The notes below the pieces were generated by a model that saw only the letters and a program-made list of their open reading frames with translations, did not search any database and was not told the DNA's origin. This document shows positions 41,672 through 56,003 of a stretch of 64,000 nt of DNA, one piece after another (the first letter of the stretch is position 1; every line of letters starts with the position of its first letter). The stretch is taken from assembly GCF_039654945.1 (NCBI RefSeq), contig NW_027361798.1:3596001-3660000 (forward strand), in the 5' to 3' direction. The DNA is from Dendrobates tinctorius (taxonomy: Eukaryota). A program made the position numbers and the translations under genes.

Positions 41672-42122
41672 GCACTAATAGAGGATTATACCCACTGTGC
41701 CAGGCACTAATAGACGGTTATACCCACTGTGCCAAGCACTAATAGAGGATTATACCCACTGTGCCAAGCACTAATAGAGGATTATACCCACTGTGCCAAG
41801 CACTAATAGAGGATTATACCTACTGTGCAAAACACTAATAGAGGATTATACCTACTGTGCCTCCAAGCACAAATAGAGGATTATACCCACTGTGAATCAC
41901 TAATAGAAGACTTTACCCACTGTGCCAGGCACTAATAGAGGATTATACCCCCTGTGCCAGGCATTAAGAGGATTATATCCCCTGTGCCATGCACTAATAG
42001 AGGATTATACCCACTGTGAATCACTAATAGAGGATTATACCCACTGTGCCAGGCACTAATAGAGGATTATACCCACTGTGCCAGGCACTAATAGAGGATT
42101 ATACCCACTGTGCCAGGCACTC
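41672..42122 (+). repeat. 32-bp satellite upstream of the third H4
   Basis: Paralogous to 17903-18580 with fewer copies. Confidence 0.95.
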
Positions 42123-42478
42123 ATAGCTCTCCGGTCATGTGGAGGCGTCTGACTGTTGATGATCTCCCAGAGATTGAATTGTTTCCAGGCCGGAATCTCA
42201 CATTGTCAGTAATTTCTCGTTCCTCCAGCGACGCTGACAGGACGAGGTTTGCAGAATTTTCTTGTTAGCATAATACAGAGAAGCGGGAAATTCAAATCAC
42301 CAACTGTCCTGTGCTCAGCCAATCAGCGAGAAAGGGGAGGGGCTGAAAATGGCAATTCAGGAAAACAAATATCTCCGGTATCGCGTCATCACTGTGCAGT
42401 TCTCACTCCGGTCCGCTTAGCCTCCATATAAAGGAGGACTCAGCTCTGACCCTTCACAGTCGTCTGAAGATTTTCTGA

Positions 42479-42907
<429 letters not shown>

Positions 42908-44435
42908 TGACGTTGAGCATTGGGGGGAGACGTTCTCTCTTCTGGAGCTGATCCAGTGAGTAGTCTCAGTGTGAGGTGGGGCACAGATGATCCGGGTGTA
43001 TGGGGGAATCGATCGGCCGCACAGTCACCTCCTATGATGCTGCAGTTACTACAGAGCAGAAATCCGAGTGCTGGTAATAAATGTGGTTGTGCCACGTCTC
43101 CTGCTGCTGAGATCCTGTGGGTTGTAGGATGGCTGCGAGGAGTGGAATGCAGCTGCACTGATGAATGGACGCCGGTGTGAACGCTACTGAGCAGCGGCTC
43201 AGGATTGGGGTATCAACAGGATACCTACATGCGATGAGAGGGGCTGTCTGTGTTTCTGCGCCACCACATGGGCAGGGAGGGACGGTGCAGGAATACAGGG
43301 TCGCTCTGCCTGTGATCAGGAGAACATCTGCCCACATCACACTTTGCGCCAATCACCGGATCTAAATCCCGGAGCAAATTATCATATACAGGAATATACC
43401 CACTGTGCCAACTGCTAATAGCAGGAATTATATCCACTGAGTCACCCACTAGAGAGATATATAGAGGATTATACCCACTGCTCTGTCACCAGGTCCCAAC
43501 TCTACAGTAACGTCATCCGAGATGTGTGGAAAGGAATCAATGACCCCAACTATGGAACCACAGCTCTGCCCCTAGTGCCGGCGCCTCCAACAGAGACCAG
43601 GAGGAGGTCGCTGCTCTCTATGGAGCTGCCCCGGGCTCAGTGGGTCCCTGTGATCTCGGGACTCGATGTCGCAGCCCGGGCGGCTCTCTTCCTCCGGACA
43701 CACTGCGGTCCCGGCTGCGGCCTCCTCTCTCGGTGCTGCCCCTGTCTTCAGCCCCTGGAGCTCGCACCGCTGTTTGCACTTTCCGATCTATTCTGGGGTT
43801 GAGCCTTGTAACAGGGTGTATGGGCGCTATATCCGGACACAGACCCCTCTGTGCACAGTACAGAGCTCGGAGTGCTGCTGTGAGATGAAGGGAAGGTAAC
43901 GGCGGCGGCCGATCAGGGGAGCGATCAGCAGCTCCGGGGAGCAGGACTCTGAGCTCTGCGGGTGCAGCTGCCCCAGACCGGACGGCTCACGTCACAGCGA
44001 TCTCCGCTACTAAGCAGAGGGGCCGGGAATAATCCGAAGGACAGGAAAGGGATTGAGCGGGAAATTCAAAACTATCAACGGGTCTGTGATCAGCCAATGA
44101 GAGAAGTCCGCAGGCGCGACCAATCCCAGAGCCAGGTATGGACTCCTCCGGTTAACTCCTTAGTGACCGTGCGCTGCTCATTTCCCCCTTCTCTGCTCTC
44201 CCCTCGGATCCCGGGAGATGCTGCTCGCGCTTCCTGGTCTGTTCTGCGGCCGGTGCTGCACAGAACCCCAGGGTGAAGAGACGCAGACATCGCCTTGTAA
44301 TGGCCGCGCCCTGTGCTTCTGGTAACCAAGCAAGGCCGGGATTACCGGCTCTGTAGTGGGATCGGCGCCAACAGAGGATCCGGCTCGGTGATTGTACAGA
44401 GACTGCAGGGAGGGAAGCAGGAACAGAACCGCTGG

Positions 44436-47400
44436 ATCATACCCACTGTGCCTAGCACTAATAGGGAATTATACCCACTGTGCCAAGCACTAATAGGGAA
44501 TTATACCCACTGTGCCAAGCACTAATAGGGAATTATACCCACTGTGCCTAGCACTAATAGGGAATTATACCCACTGTGCCAAGCACTAATAGGGAATTAT
44601 ACCCACTGTGCCAAGCACTAATAGGGAATTATACCCACTGTGCCAAGCACTAATAGAGGATTATACCCACTGTGCCAAGCACTAATAGAGGATTATACCC
44701 ACTGTGCCAAACACTAATAGAGGATCATACCCACTGTGCCAAGCACTAATAGGGAATTATACCCACTGTGCCAAGCACTAATAGGGGATTATACCCACTG
44801 TGCCTAGCACTAATAGGGGATTATACCCACTGTGCCAAGCACTAATAGGGGATTATACCCACTGTGCCAAGCACTAATAGAGGATTATACCCACTGTGCC
44901 AAGCACTAATAGGGGATTATACCCACTGTGCCAAGCACTAATAGAGGATTATACCCACTGTGCCAAGCACTAATAGGGAATTATACCCACTGTGCCTAGC
45001 ACTAATAGGGAATTATACCCACTGTGCCAAGCACTAATAGGGAATTATACCCACTGTGCCAAGCACTAATAGAGGATTATACCCACTGTGCCAAGCACTA
45101 ATAGAGGATTGTGCCAGGCACTAACAGAGGATTATACCCACTATATCATGCACTAATAGAGGATTTTACCCACTGTGCCAATCACTAATACCAGAGGATT
45201 AATTTCACTGTGCCAAGCACTAATACCAGAGGATTTTACTCACTGTTCAAAGCAGTAATAGAGGATTATACCCACTATGCCAATTACTAATAGAGCATTA
45301 TATTCACTGTGCCAGGCAATAATAGGGGAATATACCCACTGTGCCAAGGACTAATACCAGAGGATAGTACCCACTGTGAAAAAGCACTAATACAGGATTA
45401 TACCCACTGTGCCAAGTACTAATAGCAGATTATACCCACTGTCTCAAGCACTGATTCCAGACGATTACATTCACTGTTCCAAGCACTACCAGAGGATTAT
45501 ACCCTCTGTGCCAAGCACTAATAGAGGATTTTACCCACTGTGTCTGGTACTAATAGAGACTTATACCCATTGTGCCAAGCACTAACAGCAGATGATTTTC
45601 CCACTGTGCCAAGCACTAGTAGAGGATTTTACCCACTATGCCATGCACTAATAGAGCATTATATTCACTATTCCAGGCACCAATAGAGGATTATATACAC
45701 TGTCTCAAGCACTAATACAGGATTCTGCCCACTGTGCCTAGCACTAAAAGAGGATTATACCCATTGTGTCATGCACTAAAAGAGGATTATACCCACTGTG
45801 CCAAGCACTAATAGAGGATTATACCCACTGTACAAGCACTAATAGAGGATTATATCCATTGATCGAAGCAGTAATAGAGGATTTTTACCCACTGTGCCAA
45901 GCACTAACAGGGAATTATACCCACTGTGCCAAGCACTAATAGAGGATTATATTCACTGTGCCAGGCACTAACAGAGGATTATACCCCCTGTGCCAAGCAC
46001 TATTACCAGAGGATTTTACTCACTGTGACGAACAATAATAGAGGATTATACCCCCTGTGCCAAGCACTAACAGCAGATTATTTTACCCACTGTTCCAGGC
46101 ACTAATACCAGAGGATTATATTCACTGTGCCAAGCACTAATTCCAGAGGATTTTACCCACTGTGCAAAGTACTAATGGCAGATTATAACCACTGTCTCAA
46201 GCACTAATACCAGAGGATTTTATTCACTGTTCCAAGCACTAATAGATGATTATACCCACTATGCCAAGAACTAATAGAGCAATATATTCACTGTGCCAGG
46301 CAATAATAGGGGATTACACCCACTGTGTCAAGCACTAATTCCAGAGGATTATATTCACTGTGCCAAGGACTAATACCAGAGGATAGTACCCACTGTGCCA
46401 AGCACTAATTCAGGGTTATATTCACTGTGCCAAGAAATAATAGAGTATTTTACCCACTGTGCTAGGAGGCACCAATAGAGGATTATACCTACTGTGAAAA
46501 GTACTAATAGCAGATTATACCCACTGTCTCAAGCATTAATAGAAGATTATACCCACTGTGCCAAGCACTAATACCAGAGGATTATGCCCATTGTGCGAGG
46601 CACTAATAGAGGATTATACCCACTGTGCCAAGTACTAACAGCAGATTATACCCACTGTCTCCAGATGCAGGATTATACCCACTGTGCCAATCACTGATAG
46701 AGGATTATACCCACTGTGCCATGCACTAATAGAGATATATGCCCACTGTGTCAAGCACTAATAGAGGATTATACCCATTGAGCCAAGCAGTAATAGCAGA
46801 GGATTTTTACCCACTTTGCCAAGCACTAAAAGAGGATTATACCCATTGTGCCAAGAACTAACAGAAGATGATTTTACACACTGTGCCAAGCAAGGAGATA
46901 GCAGAAGAAATTTTTGAACCCCTCTCCATAATCTTTGAAAATTCTTGGAGAACAGGAGAAGTGCCAGAAGACTGGAGAAGAGCAAATGTTGTTCCTATCT
47001 TCAAAAAGGGGAAGAAGGTGGACCCAGGCAACTATAGGCCGGTGAGTCTGACTTCTATACCAGGAAAGATCTTTGAACAAATTATTACACAACATGTATG
47101 TCAATACCTGGATAAGAATGAAGTGATTAAACAGAGTCAGCATGGGTTTGTAACTAATAAGTCATGTCAGACTAACTTAATTTCCTTCTATGATAGAATC
47201 ACTGATTGGGTGGATCAAGGAAATGCTGTAGATATAGTATATCTTGACTTCAGCAAAGCATTTGACAAAGTCTCTCATACAATCCTTATTGAAAAAATGA
47301 CTAAGTATGGAATGGACAAGGCAACTGTTAGGTGGATTCATAACTGGCTTACTGATCGGACCCAAAGAGTGGTCGTAAATGGCTGCACATCCAGTTGGAA

Positions 47401-48840
47401 GAATGTCTCAAGTGGGGTACCACAGGGCTCTGTCCTGGGCCCTGTATTGTTCAACATCTTTATCAACGATTTAGATGAAGGAATTGAGGGTAAACTGATT
47501 AAATTTGCTGATGACACAAAGCTAGGAGGGATAGCTAATACTAGAGAAGAGAGAGAGAGGATTCAAAAAGATATAAATAAACTGGAGCAGTGGGCAGCAA
47601 CTAACAGAATGGTTTTTAACAGGGAGAAATGCAAAGTACTACATCTGGGCAATAAAAACGAAAAAAGATATATAGAATGGGAGGAATAGGGCTAAGTGAC
47701 AGCACATGTGAAAAAGACTTGGGTATACTAATAGATCACAGACTGAATATGAGTCAACAGTGTGATGCAGCAGCAAAAAAGGCAAATGCAATTCTAGGAT
47801 GTATTAACAGAAGCATACAGTCTAGATCACGTGAAGTCATTATTTCCCTCTACTCCTCTTTGGTCAGACCTCATCTGGAATATTGTGTCCAGTTTTGGGC
47901 ACCACATTTCAAAAAAGACATCAACAAACTGGAGCAAATTCAGAAAAGAGCGACCAGAATGGTGACCGGTCTGCAAACCCTGTCTTATGAGGAAAGGTTG
48001 CAGGATTTGGGAATGTTTAGTTTGCAAAAGAGAAGACTGAGAGGAGACTTAATAGCTGTCTACAAATATCTAAAGGGCTGTCACATTGTAGAAGGCTCAA
48101 CTTTATTCTCATTTGCACAAGGAAAGACTAGAAGCAATGGGATGAAACTGAATGGGAGGAGACACAGATTAGATATTAGAAAAAACTTTTTGACAGTTAG
48201 AGTGATCAATGAGTGGAACAGGCTGCCACGAGAAGTGGTGAGTTCTCCTTCAATGGAAGTCTTCAAACAGAGGCTGGACAGACATCTGACTGGGATGATT
48301 TAGCGAATCCTGCTTTGAGCAGGGGGTTGGACCAGATGGCCCAGGAGGTCCCTTCCAACTCTACGATTCTATGATTCTATGATTCTAATACCAGAGGATT
48401 TTACCCACTGTGCAAAGTACTAATGGCAGATTATAACCACTGTCTCAAGCACTGATACCAGAGGATTTTACTCACTATTCCAAGCACTAATAGATGATTA
48501 TACCCACTATGCTAAGAGCTAATAGAGCATTATATTCACTGTGCCAGGCACTAATAGGGGATTATACCCACTGTCTCAAGCCTTAATAGAAGATTATACC
48601 CACTGTGCCTAGCACTAATACCAGGGGATTATGCCCATTGTGCCAAGCACTAAAAGAGGATTATACCCACTGTGTCAAGTACTAATAGCAGATTATACCC
48701 ACTGTCTCAAGTACTAATACAGGATTATACCCACTGTGCCAAACACTAATAGAGGATCTTACCCACTGTGCCAAGCACTAATAGAGGATTATACCCCCTG
48801 TGCCAAACTAACAGGAGAGGATTTTACCCACTGTGCCCAT
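44436..48840 (+). repeat. Long 32-bp satellite array (homogeneous 44440-45100, diverged afterwards), interrupted by a CR1
   Basis: Direct tandem periodicity. Confidence 0.95.
46892..48387 (+). mobile_element. 5'-truncated CR1 LINE with one frameshift in RT (about 47665)
   Basis: ORFs 46868-47689 and 47677-48303; (ATTCTATG)n tail; inserted at CCAAGCA^CTAATA. Confidence 0.96.
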
Positions 48841-50196
48841 AATGCTTCAGGTAACCAAGCAAGGCTGGGATTATCGGCTCTGTGGTTGGATCGTCGCCCA
48901 CACAGTGGATCCGGCCCGGTGATTGTACAGAGACTAATGTTGAGCATTCCGATACCGCAAGTATCGGGTATCGGCCGATATTCGCGGTATCGTAATTCCG
49001 ATACTGAGTACCGATACTTTTAGCATATCGAATACCGGAATCGGAAGTTCCCATAATGCTATCAGCCCGCTCGCTTTGATTCAGCCAATGGGAATCCTCA
49101 GAAGTGTGGGCACATCCTGTTAGGCATGTAGGCATGTTAACTAATGGCATGGCTGTGATTGGCTGTTGAAATGGTGTCATGATGCACTATAAAAGCCGCC
49201 CCCATTTAGGGTTCACTCTGCTGTGAATTCAGTTAGGGACAGGCTGCTCTTCTGACTCTGAGGGACAGTTAGAAATAGCGATTTGCTATATTGTGCTTTA
49301 CCCAGGCTACTTTTGCAATCACCTGAGCTTTCTTTTGCCTTGCAGCGCTGTTCACAGCTGTCTGCAAGGTCTGCAGCTCACGGTGTAGTGTGTTCTGCAG
49401 CCACCTCTGGTTGTAGGCCGCTCAGCGTGCGTCACTGCCTCATACTGTATATGTTTTTTTTTTTTTATTGCTGCTCATTTTTCCTGATTTCTCCTATTAG
49501 TGTGCATCCATCCGTATCCATATACATTGGTTGCAAACACTATAGTAGTAGACAGCGGAGCCTTTCTGCAGCCTGTCAGTGCTAGTGCCCAGTTCTCTGC
49601 ACTGTTCACGGCTGTCTGTGAGGTCTCTGTGTGAGTGCAGCTCACGTTGTAGTGTGTTCTGCAGCTACCTCTGGTTGTAGTCCGCTCAGCGTGTGTCATT
49701 GCCTCATACATAGTCCTTTCTTTGTTTTATTGCAGCTCATTTTTCCTGATTTTTTTCTCCTATATTAGTGTGCTTCCATCCGTATCCATGTACATTGGTT
49801 GGTTGCAAACACTATATAGGAGTAGATAGAGGAGCCTTTCTGTTGGCTTGTGCCCTGCAGCCGCAGCCAGATTAGTATTAGCCTATTTTTTGGAGCCTCA
49901 TCTATTGCATTGTAGGTTACCTTCCTGCATTGTAATAGCTCCAAAAAGTTAGAGATACTATCACTTTCAAATCTTTGGTCACATCCTTTTTGTTTTTTTT
50001 AAAAAAAAAACCACGTAAATAAAGTTCACCCAACACTCCACTTGACAGTTGTGTAGGCCACATTAGCTCCCATTAAAGTGTAGTCCACACACTTTATAAA
50101 ATTAGTGTTTCTTATACCTGTAACCAGCTGTTCAGGAATAAGCACACTAAGCCCCCCCCTTTGTACTTTTCTGCCTGTCTTTATCAGTCTATCAAG

Positions 50197-53100
50197 ATGA
50201 AGAAGGCAGGGAGTAAGGCACGTGGTCGTGGGCGTGGAGTTTCAGCAGGGAGAGGACGTGGGGATTCTGCAGGGAGAGGACGTAGGGATTCTGTGCCTGC
50301 TGTTGGCACCAGTGAGTCAGCATCCCCCAGTTTTAGCAGTCAACAGTCCTTTATGCGCAGCTTTGTAGGACCTCGCCGTGCCCCACTGCTGCGGGAGGAA
50401 CAAATTGAAGCAGTTGTTGGATGGATGGCAACTAACGCATCGAATTCAATGACTTCCACATCCTCTCAGGGCCAGAGCACCGAAGAGCAACCATCTGTCT
50501 CTTCACCACCTGCCAAAGTGCCCAGGCAGTCAGAGAGCCCTGGACAGGAGCCATCTCAATCTTTACTTCTGTTCTCAGAATCTGTTGGCTTGGAAAGAGG
50601 GGGCCAGCCAAGCAGCATTCAAGAATGTGAAGAAGAGGGAGTATGCAGTGATGCGCAACTGCTTTGTCCCTCAGAATCTGAAGAGGCGGGTGGGCCAGTG
50701 CCTATGGTCAGCACACCTCTGTACGCCTCACATGATGAGACTCAGGTGCCACTTTCTGTTGCATACGGTGCTGGCGAGACTACCCAGGAGAAGCAGGTGT
50801 TTGAAAAGGGGAGTGTAGATAATGAGGTCCTTGACCCATCATGGCGTGAGGAACAGGAAGGTGGTGGGAGCAGCTCTGAGGAAGAGATTCCCCGAACGGC
50901 CAAGACAGGAGGGCAGGGGCAGACTTGGTTGCCTGTAGCCTCCACTTCGGCACCCGTTAGGAGCATTCCTCTTCCAAAACCCAAAACGTGCACTCCCAGG
51001 AATTGCAGTGCGTGGTCCTTTTTTGACACAGTTGTAGATGACATTTGCTTTGTCAAATGCAAGCTGTGTCATCAGAAAGTCAAAAGAGGGAAAAGTGTCA
51101 GCAACCTCAATACCACAAAAATGTGGAAACATGTGCGGACCAAGCACGAGGTGGAGTTACACAGACACACTGAAGACGTAGGCCAACGTACAGCACCACC
51201 TACCACCTCTTCAGCTCGTGTTGGGGCCTCTTCCTCCAGCTCACACACAGCTGGTTCAGCTTCCTCACAGGATCGCCAAGGAAGAACCTCTGGCACTGTT
51301 GTCCGGAGACCCTGTGACATTCCATCCACAGCACCACGTTCCCTGTCATCCTCACACTCCCAGGCCACTCTACAGCCATCGGTCGCACAAGCATGGGAGA
51401 AAAGGTGGCCATACTCGGCAAACCATCCCTGAGCACAGGCTCTGAATGCTGGCATTGCCAAACTACTGGCCCTTGAAATGCTCTCATTCAGGCTAGTGGA
51501 GACTGACACCTTCCGGGACTTCATGGCATTGGCAGTCCCACAATACACCGTGCCCAGCCGCTTTTATTTCAGCAGGCAAGCCGTCCCTGCCCTGCAAAAG
51601 CATGTGGAGGCAAACATAAAACATGCGATACTAAACGCCGTCAGTAGCAAGGTCCACCTGACCACCGATGCGTGGACCAGTAGCCATGGACAGGGACGAT
51701 ACCTTTCCCTCACTGCCCATTGGGTCAATGTTGTGGAGCCAGGTACAGATCTGGAGAGTGGCGCTCTACGTATTTTGCCAACTCCACGGATTGCAGGACT
51801 CCAGTCTGTACACATTGACTCCTCCTCCTACTCTAGTTCCTCAGAAACAGCGCAGCAGGAGCCTGTTACGACCGATATGAGAACAGCCGTGGCCAAACGT
51901 CAACAGGCCGTACTGAAATTAATCTCTTTGGGGAATCGAAGCCACACAGCGCAGGAGCTCTGGAATGCCATCAAGCAGGAGAGCGACGTGTGGTTTGTGC
52001 CAGCGAATCTCCAGCCAGACTTGGTAGTGTGTGACAATGGCCGAAATCTGGTGGCAGCTCTGGGCCTAGGCAACCTCACTCACATCCCATGTCTGGCACA
52101 TGTGCTGAACTTGGTCGTGCAGAGCTTTCTGAGGGACTATCCGGATCTTGATGCACTGCTGCACTAGGTCCGCAAAGAGTGCAGTGCGCTCACTTGCGTC
52201 GTTCCAGCATGGCAAGATCGCGCCTTGCTGCTCTGCAGCGCCGATTACGCCTTCCGGAACATCGCATCATATGTGACCTACCCACCAGGTGGAATTCAAC
52301 GTTACATATGTTGGAGCGGTTGTGTGAGCAGCAGGCAGCAGTCATGGAGTACCAGCTGCATCAGCCGCAAACAAGTCGCACTGTGCGCCGGTCACACTTC
52401 AGCACCACTGAGTGGGCCTCTATGAAGGACATCTGCCCCATTTTGCGTGCCTTCGCTGACTCCACGCGGATGGCCAGTGCAGATGATGCACTAATCAGCA
52501 TGACTGTCCCCCTTATCTGCATGCTTCAAAAAACACCGCAAGCACTAAGGGAGGAGGTTTTGGAAGAGGTGGAGGATGAGGAGTCCCAAATGCCATCTGC
52601 TTCTGGACAGTCTGCACTACGTGCTTCCTCACAAAGGCCTAGGCAGGGGACACAGTGTGAGGAGGATGAGGAGGAGTCGATGGAGGAGGAAGACATCTCT
52701 CCAGAGGAGGGAGGTACACAAAGCTCTAGTCAGTATGTACAGCGAGGGTGGGGTGATGCAGAGCAGGCACAGATGACGACTCAAGCAGGGGACAGAGGTT
52801 CTTGGGCAGTTGGGAGTCTGCAGCACATGGTTGATTTCATGCTGCAATGCCTGAGAAATGACCGCCGCATCGCCCACATTCTCTACTCGGCTGATTATTG
52901 GGTGTACACCCTCCTAGATCCTCGCTACCGGGACAACTTACAAAGCCTCATAGCACCGTTGAACCGGGAGCGTAAAATGCGGGCGTACCAAGACACACTG
53001 GTGCAGTCCATCGTGTTCTCCATTCCACCCGACAGCAGTGGTGCTAGTGCTTTACAAAGCAGCTCTGTGCATCGAGGCAGTGGAGGAAGCTCTACACAGA

Positions 53101-53523
53101 GGGAGCAGAGGCAGCGCCTCAGCACAAGGCAAGACCAGTATGGCCCAAATGTGGCAAAGTTTTGAGTGCCCGCCACAAATGTCTACACCATCACAGACGG
53201 CTCCAGTCAGCAGGAGGCAACGTTTTCGTCAGATGGTGACAGACTACATGTCTTGCCCTGTCAGTGTACTCCCAGACGGCTCTTCCCCCGTCAATTTTTG
53301 GGTCTCTAAGCTGGATACATGGCCAGAGCTTAGCCAGTATGCATTGGAGGTGCTGGCTTGCCCTGCTGCTAGAGTATTATCGAAACGCGTCTTTAGTGCA
53401 GCAGGTGGTGTACTAACAGATCGTCGCACGTGACTATCCTTCGATAACGTTGGCCGGCTTACTTTTCTGAAAATGAACAAGGCCTGGATCTCACCGGAAT
53501 TTGCCAGTCCTCTTCCAGAATAA
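50197..53523 (+). pseudogene. hAT/BED-finger transposase with stops and frameshifts
   Basis: SAWSFF..CKLC..HVRTKH, LTTDAWTS, VCDNGRN, CLAHVLNL, TRWNST, KRVFSAAG; paralogous to the transposase at 23484-27093. Confidence 0.93.
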
Positions 53524-53721
53524 ATAATTAGTTGGCAACAGTATCCGGGTCTCCTGTTGTGTTCATGTTTCTACCACCTGAACTGTAATCCCTGGGCTCC
53601 AACGCAGCCAGTTGTTGCTCAGAAGTGCCGTCTGCACAGAGAAAAACACTAGCTCCTGTGTTATTGGGGTTCAGTAACGCCAGCTGCTCCCCTGCTGTGT
53701 GTCCGGCAATATCTCATGCTC

Positions 53722-54071
53722 TGTTGTGAGCTCATTATCTTGTTCGCCTGTGTCTCAGCGCCGACGTCTACGGCTTTACCTGCCGCTGCGCTGCACTAAC
53801 CGCAGCTACTCTTGGTCGCTGTCGCGACGCCACACGCAGGCCTCTGTGACATTAACTGAGCCGAGTCTCGGCATCACATTGTTCCTTGCGACTCTGTGCC
53901 AGAACAGAGCCGTCCTTAGCGTTCGGGTGACGTTAACCCGAGCGCAGCACCTCATTGATTAGGTGCATCTGCCATTGTTCAGCAGCGGTCTTCTCACCTA
54001 CCGCACGGTGGACTCCGGGCGGCGAACGCACCTCCTGTTATTTTATATTTGGTGCGTTCCGCCGTCCTAAC
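53722..54071 (+). mobile_element. Chimeric LTR remnant: start of the 54256-type LTR joined to the 3' part of a 56004-family LTR
   Basis: Begins TGTTGTGAGCTCATT and ends GGCGGCGAACGCACC..GGTGCGTTCCGCCGTCCTAACA. Confidence 0.7.
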
Positions 54072-54255
54072 AATCAGATTTTACACTTGCTCCAAGTAGG
54101 CCTCAGCCTACTCCATGATTGACCCTGGGCTCCAACACTGCCAGTTGCTGCTCAGAAGTGCCATCTGCACAGAGAAAAACACTAGCTCCTGTGTTAGTGG
54201 GGTTCAATAACGCCAGCTGCTCCCCTGCTGTGTGTCCGGCAACATCTCCTGCTCT

Positions 54256-56003
54256 GTTGTGAGCTCATTTTCTCGTTCACCTTTGATGTCCGATGAACTC
54301 CCTCTGCTGGTGAAAGGAGGTGGTGAAACTGATTTGGATGGGAGAAACCTGTCACCTGAACAGGTGGATTGCGATTGGACATCCGGAATCTCTGAGTGGA
54401 TATAAGGCAGCCGACACCCTGTAGGGTTGCTGGTGATTTCTCTGCTCTGAGCTCTGGCCTCCAGTTCAGTTCCTGTCTTCTAAAGCTAAGTTTTGCTCTG
54501 TTATCGTTCCATGAGATTTTGTCTGATTTGCTTAGTTTTTTGTTCTGACAGCCCCAGCTGGGGCTCTGCTGAATTTCCATTTTTGTCCCTGATCGGTTAA
54601 ATCTCTTTTGCTCTGTCTTCAGAATATATCGGAGTGCTGATATAGGGATTTTGAAGTCTAGTGACTTCAGGGCCGTTTTTCCTATCAGACGTGTTGGGAA
54701 ATTTTTGGTAGGGTTTTTGCAGATTGCAGCCAGCATCTTTTCTGTCCTTTCCTATCTAGTTAGTTGGACCCCATCGTTTGCTCTGTCTGTCTTTCTGTCT
54801 GTGTTAGTGTTTTCATCTGTTTTCACCGACAATACATGATGGGGGCTGTCTATTGCTTTGGGGTCTGCTCTGGGGCAGTTTAGATTTCCCTTTTCTTTCT
54901 TTAGGCTTATTTAGCTCTCTGGCTGTGACGAGGTGTCTAGGATCACCGTAGGAACCCCCCACGGCTACTGTTGTGTGAATAGGATCAGGGGTCTGCAATC
55001 CGTTAGCTACCAACCTCTCCGGTTTTATGGACTTGACTTGCATTTTTGTTTTTTCCTCCTCCGGTGATTCATTCATAACAGAATCACCAGCCATACCGCA
55101 GATTCTAGGGTACTCAATAGCAGAAAGGAATTGTAAAAAAAAAACAAAAAGTGTCAGAATTTTTTTTTTTTCTTTTGTATATTTTTTCCTCTTTTTCTCT
55201 GGGGCCGTAGGAGGAATTTTTTCTTGATGGAGATTAAGCAATTGTCTGATTGTATGGAGCAGTTCGCTGCTGAAGTGCGGGGAATTTCCTCCAATCTCGC
55301 TCATTCACACGCTGCTGAACCAAAGATCCCTACTCCTGATGTGTTTTTTGGGGATCGGTCTAAATTTTTGAATTTTAAGAATAATTGTAAATTATTTCTT
55401 GCCTTGCAGCCTAACTCATCGGGGAGCTCTGCACAGCAGGTTAAAATTGTCATCTCTTTGCTGCGCGGCGATCCCCAGGATTGGGCGTTTTCTTTGACAC
55501 CTGATGATTCTATTCTAACTAATGTGGACGCATTTTTTCAAGCCTTGGGGTTGTTGTATGATGAACCTAATGCTATTGATCAAGCTGAAAAAGCCCTGTT
55601 GGCATTGAGCCAGGGTCAGGATTCTGCAGAGTTGTACTGTCAAAAATTCCGAAAGTGGGCGGTCCTTACTACCTGGAATGATAATGCATTGGCAGCTCTC
55701 TTTCAGAAGGGTTTGTCAGAAACCATAAAAGATACTATGGTGGGATTTCCTGTTCCCTCTGGTCTTGACGATTCTATGTCATTAGCCATTCAGGTGGATC
55801 GGCGTTTATGTGAACGTAAAATTACACGAGAGGTGTTGCCACCTGTTGAACAAATGTCTGAACCTATGCAATGTGATAGAGTTTTGCCTGGGGCGCAGCG
55901 TCAGGAGTTCAGAAGGCGTAATAAGCTGTGTTTTTTCTGTGGAGACGCCTCTCATAATATTTCTGTCTGCCATAAACGAGAGAAACGCTTTGCACACACA
56001 TTT
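54256..56003 (+). mobile_element. Gypsy element A: 5' LTR (54256-55080) and gag (from about 55224), interrupted by element B and resuming at 63936
   Basis: LTR termini TGTTGTGA...TCATAACA; Gag PDVFFGDRSKF..EPMQCD..CFFCGDASHNISVC zinc knuckle. Confidence 0.9.

Larger units (their letters stand above)
48935..54255 (+). mobile_element. Second hAT transposon, left end to 3' repeats; right TIR not in the window
   Basis: Starts TAATGTTGAGC (compare TAGAGTTGAGC in the first hAT), palindromic subterminal CCGATAC/GTATCGG repeats, internal transposase. Confidence 0.85.
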
